This document shows positions 48,813-59,500 of a stretch of 64,000 nucleotides of DNA, piece after piece. The translations under genes were made by a program, and so were the position numbers. The notes beneath the pieces were generated by a model. That model made no database searches and was not told the origin of the DNA. It worked only from the letters and a program-made list of their open reading frames with translations. Position 1 is the first letter of the stretch, and every line of letters begins with the position of its first letter. The stretch spans positions 186,001 through 250,000 of the forward strand of contig NIVC01001499.1 in the NCBI GenBank assembly GCA_002269645.1, in the 5' to 3' direction. The DNA is from Macrostomum lignano (Eukaryota).

Positions 48813-49014
48813 CTTGCGGGGGTACAGAGAAGGCTATTAAAAAGTTATTCCAAAGCACTGTACATTTGCTATGCTAAATGTATACCAGTGTATGCTAAAA
48901 ACAAAAAATGTCCCTAAAAATATATCCCTAAAATTATTGGTTTTCATGAGTAGAGTTTCCTAAAAAAATGTTTTCATACAAAAAGTCTAAAAATATTACA
49001 AATATTTTTATTTT

Positions 49015-49570
49015 CACAAGGCTAGCACAATTCATGACCATCTGCTAATGTGCAACAAATGTGCCAACATCAAACATGATAAAAAGTTTAAAATTATTGA
49101 TTAGATTCAATACCACCACAAAATAAATGGGTTGAAAGCCATGTACATCAAACAGTTAGACTACCCTGAATGTACAACTGACAGCAGTGACAGGAAGGGG
49201 GGCTAGTACTATTCTTAGAATTTTTTGACTATTCTACAGCTACTTAAACCTTGTTTTTAAACTCTTGGCCCATAATTTTATTTTATTACCTTAATTATTG
49301 ATTAGATTCAATACCACCACAAAATAAATGGGTTGAAAGCCATGTACATCAAACAGTTAGACTACCCTGAATGTACAACTGACAGCAGTGACAGGAAGGG
49401 GGGCTAGTACTATTCTTAGAATTTTTTGACTATTCTACAGCTACTTAAACCTTGTTTTTAAACTCTTGGCCCATAATTTCATTTTATTACCTTCAAATTA
49501 TTACAAAATATTGTCACCTGATGATGCTGAAAGTTAGCCTACAGCAAAACGTGATTGTGAATAAAATAAA
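49015..49570 (+). mobile_element. Degenerate 3' end of a second Penelope-like element with 201-bp tandem duplication
   Basis: Translates as STIHDHLLMCNKC...FKIID*...LKAMYIKQL..(frameshift)LNVQL...GASTILRIF*, resembling a PLE GIY-YIG C-terminus. Near-identical 201-bp units at 49092-49292 and 49293-49493; followed by a hammerhead-like motif and AATAAA. Confidence 0.6.
49514..49560 (+). ncRNA. Degenerate hammerhead-like motif
   Basis: TCAC CTGATGA T GCTG-12nt-CAGC AAAA CGTGAT T GTGA. Stems I and II pair, but GAAA reads AAAA and stem III is mismatched. Confidence 0.45.
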
Positions 49571-49758
49571 TAAAATATTTTGTCATAATATTCGTCAACA
49601 ATATTAATTGTAAAGAATGCAAATGTTTGCAATTATATTATTATTTTTTGCATTCCTAAAGCGAAGTAGCATTCCTAAAATTTAAATCTGATTTGTTACC
49701 AAGTGGTTAAATTTTGTTACCCAAGCAAGGGCGAAGTGGCTCAGCCTCAGTGCTGGCT

Positions 49759-50299
49759 CCATAGTCCAGATCATGTAGTATACGCCCGAAAATTCGGGCG
49801 TGCATTTGCTTTGCACGCCAAAGTTGGCGTGCATAATTGGCGTGCAATGGCACACGCACTAAAAGTTGGCGTGCATCACTCCTGAGAAAATAGTATGCGT
49901 GTACACCTGGCGTGCACTTTATAGAATCACGCGTAAGTGTTATTGTAAAGTACGTAAGAAAAAAGATGAAAAAAGTTCATTTTTAAGCGCAAATTTCAAG
50001 CTTTCCGGGTTTTTCTAGCTCGTAAAAGACTATTTAAACAAATTTTTGCGTGTATAAACTTTCCGCTATGAATAATATCGCCAAGAAAGCTTTAAAAGCA
50101 ACAAAATTATTTATTATTAAGGGTCTATTACGCAATTTAGAAAAGGTCTTTTATTGTCACAACGTAAAAAAGGTCATTATTTTTTGTCGCAACACCGGCA
50201 TATTTTTGAGAATGGGCGTGCACTAAATTTTTTTCGGCGTGCATTTTGTAATTATTCAATTTTTGTTCGGGCGTGCACCCAGCATGATCCGGACTATGG
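49759..50299. mobile_element. Non-autonomous TIR element (MITE, hAT-like), 541 bp
   Basis: Imperfect ~30-bp TIR CCATAGTCC(A/G)GATCATG...ACGCCCGAA; perfect 8-bp TSD TGCTGGCT (49751-49758, 50300-50307); internal GGCGTGCA repeats. Confidence 0.8.
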
Positions 50300-51119
50300 T
50301 GCTGGCTGTTATTACGAAGTAGAGATTGCATTCATTATCATATAGGCCGACCATTGTACCAAAAAATTAATAAGCTGTAGATTACACAGAATTATTCTGT
50401 CGCCGAATTTGTCCATATTGAGTCTGTCGCCGAATTTGTTTGGCGCTTGTCGCCGAATTGGTCAGTCAGCACCCATTTGGAAGCCGTGGCCGACGGACGG
50501 AAAAATTTTTACAGGAAATCCTAAACTAAAATGAATTTATATTTTCATATAAATTATTTTAATTTTTTTTAATAAAGTGTTAATCAGTTATATTTTAAAG
50601 GTTCTAGTAGGTAATAAATTTCTTAAAAAAGGTTTGTTTTAATACCTTAGTTTCTAAATTTAAAAACTAAGTTTTTGTGTGTAGGGTGCTATTTTTTAAA
50701 TATATGCTCACTGAAAACCGTGTTATCTGATTTCTCTACTATCCTGTCTATCTCTAATCAGTTTAATAATTTATTGCTTTTAAAAAAGGGAACCGCAACT
50801 GTCTATATTAAATATTTAGGGCCTAGCCTAAAAAGCTAGTGGCCTAGTATTTATTTAGTGGGGCAAGTGTTTTACAAGCCTAATATTTATAAATTTAAAT
50901 TAGTTGCTCCCATTTTTCCCACAATGGACCCAAGAATGTAAGTTTGGTTTTTTACAGGTCTTTAGGCCTATAATAGGTCTAATAGTCTAGTATATTTTCC
51001 TATTTCTACAGTAGGGTGCTGAGTTCAATAAGACAAAATAATTTTGTAGCTTTTTTTATTGTTGGCAGTGCTTATCCCCATGGTACCATAGGAATAATTT
51101 CTGTCTTATTCCAATGGTA

Positions 51120-51417
51120 CATACATGCGCAACCTCCAAAATTTGATCAGCCATGCAATTTATTTTTAACAAAAAATGCAACTTAGTTTTTGGCCAAAAA
51201 TGTGACTTAAGTGTGAAAGAAACCCTAAAGCAAAATTAATGCAACTTTGGGTAAACAACAGGAGTAACCATGACTGTATTGTAAAGGCAGAATGCCTCAT
51301 TATCTACTTAGTACTACTTGGGTATTTATTCAGGTGCAGATTTTTGTGATTTACCTTGGTTGGCCACCAAAATGGTTGGTCAAATTGGCTGACTTGGCCA
51401 ACTGTTGCACATGTATA
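51120..51417. mobile_element. MITE with CATACATGCGCAAC TIR, older copy
   Basis: Inverted, diverged copy of the 54183-54468 element; flanks CAATGGTA / AAATGGTA (7/8). Confidence 0.7.
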
Positions 51418-51422
51418 AATGG

Positions 51423-53433
51423 TAGGGACTCCAGTGAGGTTACCGTAAAGCTGATAATTACACGAAAAATCGTAAAATAATGTTTTTTTAAAATGAAATT
51501 GCCAAGCGTAGAAAATGTTTACAGTAAAAACAAAATATACATGTTAAAGAAGAGTTTCTATTCTTTTTAATGAGATAAAGAAACAAAAAATATATACATT
51601 GTATGCCGAGTAATGTCCCACTGAACTTCGTCTTTTTTTTTAATACACTCGTTTTGTTGCCAAAAAAAGTGACTTTCGAAAGTTCGTTTTTTTGTTGAAA
51701 AGCAATTATTTTAACAAAATATAACTATTTATTGATACAAACAACTATATTTACAAACATTTTTTGACATTTTGAGAAGAATTTTTTTTTATTTTCTCCC
51801 TATTTAGACAGTATAAAAAAATTAAAGTTGAATAAAAATCGTACCCGTATTTCCGAAGCTTAGTAAAACCCGGAAATGAATACTACTCCGTAATATGATT
51901 ACATTAAAAAAAACCGCACATGTCAATCTATATCCGCCAAAAAGTTATTGAAGCCTATTTTTGCCTATCTCTTCAGTGTAAAATAGACGGATATAACAGA
52001 AAATTTAAATTTTTTTCTAGCAGTAATTTCCGAAGACTATTCTTCTACTGCATTTAATAGAGGAACTTATAGGAATTCTTCACAGCACTTTTATATCTTT
52101 CCACATACATCCGCCGAGGAGCAGCAGCAATGTTAGCTTTTTAGTAGCGATACTACTTACATACTACTTATATAAAAAGTGGCTTATTATGGCTTTTCTT
52201 AACTAAAAAGAAGATGTTTTACCATTGCAAATTAGTTTTGAAGGCAAAATAATACAAATAAATGTATGCTTTAGCTTATTGAGCTATAGCAATTGCAATC
52301 CCAATAAGTGACCCCTTGAATGCACGTAACCTTGGTCTGCAATTCAAACTCCCATAAAAATGAACTGAATTTCATAAGAAATTGTGTTTATTCCATTTGT
52401 AAGTTTAATAAGCAACTTCACAATATACAATTTTAAGTACAATTTATTTTTAAATACTTCTTTACACTTGTTTACAGATATAAATGTTCATCGGTAACTT
52501 TATTCACAATATACAATTTTACAATAAGGATAGGCTCAATCAAAAAATATACAAGACAATAGTATCAACAATTATTTACCTATATGTTTTACAGTTAAAA
52601 AGCAAAGCAGACAATATACATTATGTATGTAAAGACAATAAGCATTAAATATATGCTAACTTCAGTCTTCAGTTGCAGCTACTCAACAAGCAATAATATT
52701 GGAAAAAAAGAACAAGAGCTTTTAAATAAATTAAAGTACACAAAAAAAACATTTTCATATGTTTTTCATTAAAAAAACAAATCAAACTTTATATATATTC
52801 ATTAGTCTAAAAAATATAATCATTCAAAGTTGAAAAATGTGCAATTTTAAGATATGCTATCAAGTTCCAGTAGCAAAAAAGTCACAAAATTGGTGAATTT
52901 TTTAACCTTTGTCAATATATAGGAAAAAATGGTATAAAAATATATATACTTTTATATGTTGTGGAGTAAACAAATAAAAAAGATTTCAGAAAAAGCAATT
53001 AACTTTTAAATAATAGTCATTTGAAATTTTAATTTTGCTCTATTTTTGATGTGCATTTTTCACTTTTGAAAAATTCAAATGCAAACCACAAGAAAGATAC
53101 ATTAGAAAGAATAAAAACAATTTGTTAATCTTATGTAGAACTGCTTGGTCTTTAAAATGATACCAGACTCAATATTGTATGTTGAATAGCAAAAAAGATA
53201 TGACAATAAAAAGTGAAAAATTTTGTTTTCGTACATCTAATGGCAACAATCTATAATGTATTTTTCCTATCTAAAAAACGTAATTTTTTGGGGACAAAAA
53301 ATGCTATAACTTTTTTATTACTCAACCAAATTTAATAAGTGAAGCCATTTTGTGATGCTGTTATTGTCCTCTGTCAGATACATATCTGAAAATATATAAA
53401 TTTTAAAGTTTCAAAATCTCACTGGAGTCCCTA
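51423..53433. mobile_element. 2.0-kb non-coding AT-rich TIR element inserted at the right flank of the preceding MITE
   Basis: Perfect 16-bp TIR TAGGGACTCCAGTGAG / CTCACTGGAGTCCCTA; direct repeat TATAAATGGTA overlaps both termini (TSD 7-11 bp depending on where the termini are set); no transposase ORF. Confidence 0.75.
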
Positions 53434-53735
53434 TAAATGGTATTGTGGGAATAATTTTCTGCTTATCTATATGGCACACTGACAAGAAAGTTGCTCCTAG
53501 GGGCCTCTTTTATATATGCCATATATAAATAGTTTATAGCTTATTGAAAGGAAATTTAAATTGACAATAAGAAGCTATTGATGTATAAACTCAAATCCAT
53601 ATACTAAAAATGGTCTGTCGGTATATGTGTGTGTGATCGATTTTAGCAATCCATATACTAAAAATGAAAATCAGTTCTAAATTATAAACACTTACTAAAG
53701 TAATTTACTTTAAATCATATTCATAACTCATAAGT

Positions 53736-53913
53736 TAGGGCTGGATCTAGAAGAGGGGCCTAGGGGGCCATGGCCCCTCCCTTAGCCACAACCAAAAAAA
53801 ATTTGGTCATACTTTTTTGGACTGCAACTATGCCAGGTCTATTTTCCAATATTGGGTTATAGTGTTTGGTATAGTTTGGCCTACTCCTCAAAATTTTTCT
53901 GGATCCATGCCTG
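53736..53913. mobile_element. Old short MITE-like element
   Basis: Imperfect termini TAGGGCTGGATCTAG / CTGGATCCATGCCTG; flanks TCATAAGT / TTATAACT (6/8). Confidence 0.4.
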
Positions 53914-54182
53914 TTATAACTTCTCATAAGTAATGGATGAAAAAAGTGTTTTTTTTGCTCAAAAGGCCATTAAAACTTTATTTTTATAAAGCAAATGTTT
54001 AAGCTAAGTTATTTTGTTATATTGTACTCTAGCCATAAGTAACAAACTAAATTATTTCATAAGGCATATATGTAGAAGATAGGAGCAGCTATCTCGTCAG
54101 TGTGCTATGTGGATGGGCAGAAAATTATTCCCATAGTACTGTTGGAATAAGACAAAAATTATTTTTATTGTACCATAGGGAT

Positions 54183-54468
54183 CATACATGCGCAACAGTC
54201 GGCCGATCCGGCCGACCGATTTGGCGGCCAACCAAGGAAGTCGCAAAAATGCCCACCCAAAAACCCCAATAGTAGTACTAAGTAGCTGACGAAGCATTTT
54301 GACTTAATAAGACAGTCATAGTTACTCCTGCCGTTTACCCAAAGTTGCGTTAATTTTGCTTTAGGGTTTTTTTCACATGTAAGTCGCATTTTTGGCCAAA
54401 AACGACGTCGCATTTTTGTTAAAACTTAGTCGCACGGCCGACCGAATTTTGGAGGTTGCGCATGTATG
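54183..54468. mobile_element. MITE (hAT-like), 286 bp
   Basis: Perfect 14-bp TIR CATACATGCGCAAC / GTTGCGCATGTATG; perfect 8-bp TSD ATAGGGAT. Confidence 0.85.
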
Positions 54469-55669
54469 ATAGGGATAAGTATTCCCTTTCAATGTTATTA
54501 GTGAAATGATACCAAACTTTTGAAAATTGATCAATTAATAAAAAAATATTGTGTCTTTTTAAATAGCATTTTTCCTTTTTTAATATACTAAATAGCCATA
54601 GCCCATAGCCATAGTTAGAATTATGGTTAAAATAAAATTTTATGTCTATTTTCAATTTCATTACAATTTCAAATTAAAAAAAATTATGCTGAGCCCATAG
54701 TTGTCTTTATGCCAACTTTTTTGAAGAATATTTTATGCCAACTTTTTTGAAGAATATTTTATGCCAACTTTTTTGAAGAATATATATTATTAAAAATAAA
54801 AGACTTATTAAACTTTAAAATGGCTATTTTTTGCTAAAATTGATATTATTTGTTTTTTATTTTGTTTTTATTATAAATTGTAGTAATATTTTTTATTTTA
54901 ATTTAATTGCAAATTATTTTTAAATAGCTTTTGTTGATTGATATTTAACTGCACAATTATATTAGCCCTAAACTCAGCTATTTTTTGTATGCCAAGTGTA
55001 TACCAAGATTGTCAGCTAGAGCAAAAAATGCCAGAGTTTTCTAGTATAAAGGCCACTTTCCAGACTTATGGCATGGCATACCTGCGCTGGAACAAATCCT
55101 ATCAAAAAAAATTGCTTGCATTGTGTGCCAGAACTATTCTTATCTAAAAAGTTTGCTTGCATTGTATACCACAACTTTTTGGGAAAAAATCAGTCAGTTT
55201 TCATTTGAAAAATTTCAGTAAAACTTGTATTTGAATTTGTTTCATAGAAAATGCAATGTTGACATAAATTAACTAAAAAAGCCATCAATACACTGGCAAA
55301 CAAAAAGTGCAAATAAAAAGAAATTATTTCTAATTTTCTATTAGAGAAAATATTGTCTTGTCAGAAGTTTTTGTCTTGTATCAAGTTGTGTCTATTTTTT
55401 GTCTTGTACTATACTACATCAGATTTTTCTTCCTTACCTGCTGTTGTGCTAGAAGGCACTATATGGCACAAGTCTAACCTTTTTTGTGCTAGAATTTTCT
55501 GTGAAAAAGGCCATCTTCCTAACTATGGCTAAATAGATTGAAAAACTATCATTTTTTGCTACAAATATTTTTTGTCACCAAAAAGGACTTTTTACTTATT
55601 ATCAAAATGACTTGCTTGTCACCAAAAGGACTATCACCAAAATATCTTATTACTAAAACAACTATAATC

Positions 55670-55850
55670 CCATAAGAATAATTTCTATCTTATTCCTATA
55701 GTACTATGATAATGATTTTTTGATTTTTTGTATGACACATAGATAGCTATTATATTGATCTACATATGTTTTGGGTATAAGTTATATCCTATCCACATGG
55801 CATATTGATAAGATAGCTCTTCTGTATCTTCTACATATGCTGTACATAAA
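55670..55850. repeat. Copy of a dispersed AT-rich repeat that also hosts the two CATACATG MITEs
   Basis: AATAATTTCTATCTTATTCC...CTATCCACATGGCAT...TCTTCTACATATGC is the inverted counterpart of 54060-54182 and is similar to 51075-51119 plus 53434-53480. Confidence 0.5.
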
Positions 55851-56504
55851 TAGTTTATTGCTTATGACTATAAAGTGTTTTATTTACTATACATAATACT
55901 GTACATTTACTCTACATAATAAAATCTACATAGTAAAATACATAAAAAAGTGGTAAAAGTAAGCAAAATTCAGCAATGATTGAAGAGCTATTTATCTGAC
56001 CCAAAGATGAAAAAAGCATGCCATGCATAAGAATCTTAGAGACTGACTAATAAAGGCTCATAAACAGCTACCAGTCAATAGAATATAGTAGTGTCATCTT
56101 TTGCTTACTTTTACCACTTTTGGTTTAGGTATTTTGAGGGTGCAACTTTAGAAAACTATTTTTAGAACTATAAAGCTTATATCCAAGCCATAGAAAAATT
56201 CTACATTTGAAGTTACTTTTGTCACATTCAGGCTTTAAAAGGTATATTTATCATAATACCTTTAAGAGTGCACTAGCACCACCTTAGGAAAGCTGCTTTT
56301 TCAGGTTTGGTTTGTGGTTCCTAATGTACAGGGTTTTTTTGAAGTGACAGTCAGTATTGCATTTATGAATGATCTTAAACCTTACACTTGGTTAACTATT
56401 GGCAATGGCCAGTGTACTCCAACTTTGTCACTATAAATGCCTACCTTCAAATTAGTGATTAAAGAATTTAAGATTTATCTACCAATATTAATCCCATTGT
56501 TTAG

Positions 56505-59500
56505 TTTACAATTCGCCAAGTCTAATCAAGACTATTACGGCGGCCGCAGTCAATCTCGTGGCGAAGTTAGCCAGCTATTCGACTCGCACAAGTCTAACAT
56601 TGAGCACCTATTGTCGCTAAGTGCCAGTCAAAATGACAATTCTAAACTGGACATTGGTTCAGACAAGAAGCACTGCGCTCTGCCCTTGCCAATTGAAACA
56701 TTTATGGAACCGCCGGTTGATATACGTAGACAGCAGTTTCTACTTGTGAGTAGTTTGTTTAGAATATGCTCATTTGAAATAGTATGAAGTTTCTATAAAA
56801 TAACAAAAACACTTTTTGTTTCTTTCGTCAGAGTGTTCGAAAGCACGATTTATTGGTCTGTCGGATCGTATCCAAGGATCAATATTCAACGCTGAACTTG
56901 CTTGTTCTGGCTTGCGACGACTCTTGCGAATTAAAGCGCGACTTGACCGATTTAAATATCAAAGTAAGTGTCTATTTACCAGCCTTTAATTGTCTATTTA
57001 ACTGTTCCTAAGAACTGCCTTTCAATAGCTGTAAAAGCTGCTATGAGATTCGTCCCGTGAATCGTTTTAAGAATCACCATCAATCCACCCCAAGAATCGC
57101 CATCAATCCACCCAAAGAATCGCCATCACACCACCCTGAGAATCGCCTTAAATCCACCCCAAGAATCGCCATCAAATCTACATAAGAATCGCCATCACAC
57201 CACCCTGAGAATCGCCATCAATCCACCCAAAGAATCGCCATCACACCACCCTGAGAATCGCCATAAATCCACCCCAAGAATCGCCATCAAATCTACCCAA
57301 GAATCGCCATCACACCACCCTGAGAATCGCCATAAATCCACCCCAAGAATCGCCATCAAATCTACCCAAGAATCGCCATCACACCACCCTGAGAATCGCC
57401 ATCAATCCACCCAAAGAATCGCCATCAAATCTACCCAAGAATCGCCATCACACCACCCTGAGAATCGCCATAACACCACCCTGAGAATCGCCATAACACC
57501 ACCCCAAGAAACGCCATCAATCCACCCCAAGAATCGCCATCAATCCACCCCAAGAATCGCCATCAAATCTACCCAAGAATCGCCATCAATCCACCCCAAG
57601 AATCGCCATCAATCCACCCTGAAAATCGCCATCAAACCACCCCAACAATCGCAATCAAACCACCCAAGAATCGCCATCAATCCACCCTGAAAATCGCAAT
57701 CAAACCACCCCAACAATCGCAATCAATCCACACTTAAATTCGCAATCAAACCACCCCAAGAAACGCCATCAAATCCACCCCAAGAATCGCCATCAATCCA
57801 CACTTAAAATCGCAATCAAACCACCCCAAGAATCGCCATCAAATCTACCCAAGAATCGCCATCACACCACCCTGAGAATCGCCATCAATCCACCACAAAA
57901 ACGCCATCAATCCACCCAAAGAATCGCCATCAAATCTACCCAAGAATCGCCATCAAATCTACCCAAGAATCGCCATCAATCCACCCCAAGAATCGCCATC
58001 AATCCACCCCAAGAATCGCCATCAATCCACCCAAAGAATCGCCATCAATCCACCCCAAGAATCGCCATCAAATCTACCCCAAGAATCGCCATCACACCAC
58101 CCTGAGAATCGCATCAATCCACCCAAGAATCGCCATCAATCCACCCCAAGAATCGCCATCAAATCCACCCCAAGAATCGCCATCACACCACCCTGAGAAT
58201 CGCCATCAATCCACCCTGAGAATCGCCATCAATCCACCCCAAAAAACGCCATCAATCCACCCCAAAAAACGCCATCAATCCACCCCAACAATCGCCATCA
58301 ATCCACCCTGAAAATCGCAATCAAACCACCCCAAGTATCGCCATCAATCCTCTCTGAGAATCGCAATCAAACCACCCCAAGTATCGCCATCAATCCTCTC
58401 TGAGAATCGCAATCAAACCACCCCAAGTATCGCCATCAATCCTCTCTGAGAATCGCAATCAAACCACCCCAAGTATCGCCATCAATCCTCTCTGAGAATC
58501 GCAATCAAACCACCCCAAGTATCGCCATCAATCCTCTCTGAGAATCGCAATCAAACCACCCCAAGTATCGCCATCAATTCTGTCTAAGAATCGCAATCAA
58601 ACCACCCCAAGTATCGCCATCAATTCTGTCTAAGAATCGCAATCAAACCACCCCAAGTATCGCCATCAATCCTCTCTGAGAATCGCAATCAAACCACCCC
58701 AAATATCGCCATCAATTCTGTCTAAGAATCGCAATCAAACCACCCCAAGTATCGCCATCAATCCTCTCTGAGAATCGCAATCAAACCACCCCAAGTATCG
58801 CCATCAATTCTGTCTAAGAATCGCAATCAAACCACCCCAAGTATCGCCATCAATTCTGTCTAAGAATCGCCATCAAACCACCCCAAGAATCGCTATCAAT
58901 CTAGCCTAAGAATCGCCCCAGTTGCATTTCAAAGAGCACATATACTAACCTATATAATCCAACAGTAACCCTTGTATGATATTCCGTATTGCTAATGTTA
59001 ATGAATTTTTCCTACTTAGGCTGTGTGCCTCTTCATGAACGCGCCTCGTCAGCTCAGTCAAGAGGCTCGTATTGGCGACCTAGTTCGTTGCATGGTGCTA
59101 GATTGCCAAGAAGGCCAGCCAGTGAATTTGTCTCTGCTGCAACAGGATTTGCCTGAGTCGGTTAAGCGGATTAAACTGGTGCGATCTACTCCATAATATT
59201 ATAATCTTAAAAGCAACTATTGTTAATTTACGGTTTCCAACTTGTCGACGCTATTAGATGTCTTGGCTTACCAAACCCACTATGAAAATCGCCCTAAACC
59301 CACCATGAGAATCGCCCTAAACCCACCATGAGAATCGCCCTAAACCCACCATGAGAATCGCCGCTAAACCCACCATGAGAATCGCCGCTAAACCCACCAT
59401 GAGAATCGCCGCTAAACCCACCATGAGAATCGCCGCTAAACCCACCATGAGAATCGCCGCTAAACCCACCATGAGAATCGCCGCTAAACCCACTATGAGA

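Noticed and set aside
51900-52350. Transposase remnant inside the 2-kb TIR element
   Set aside because: Only short interrupted frames with no recognisable DDE, BED or dimerisation motif.
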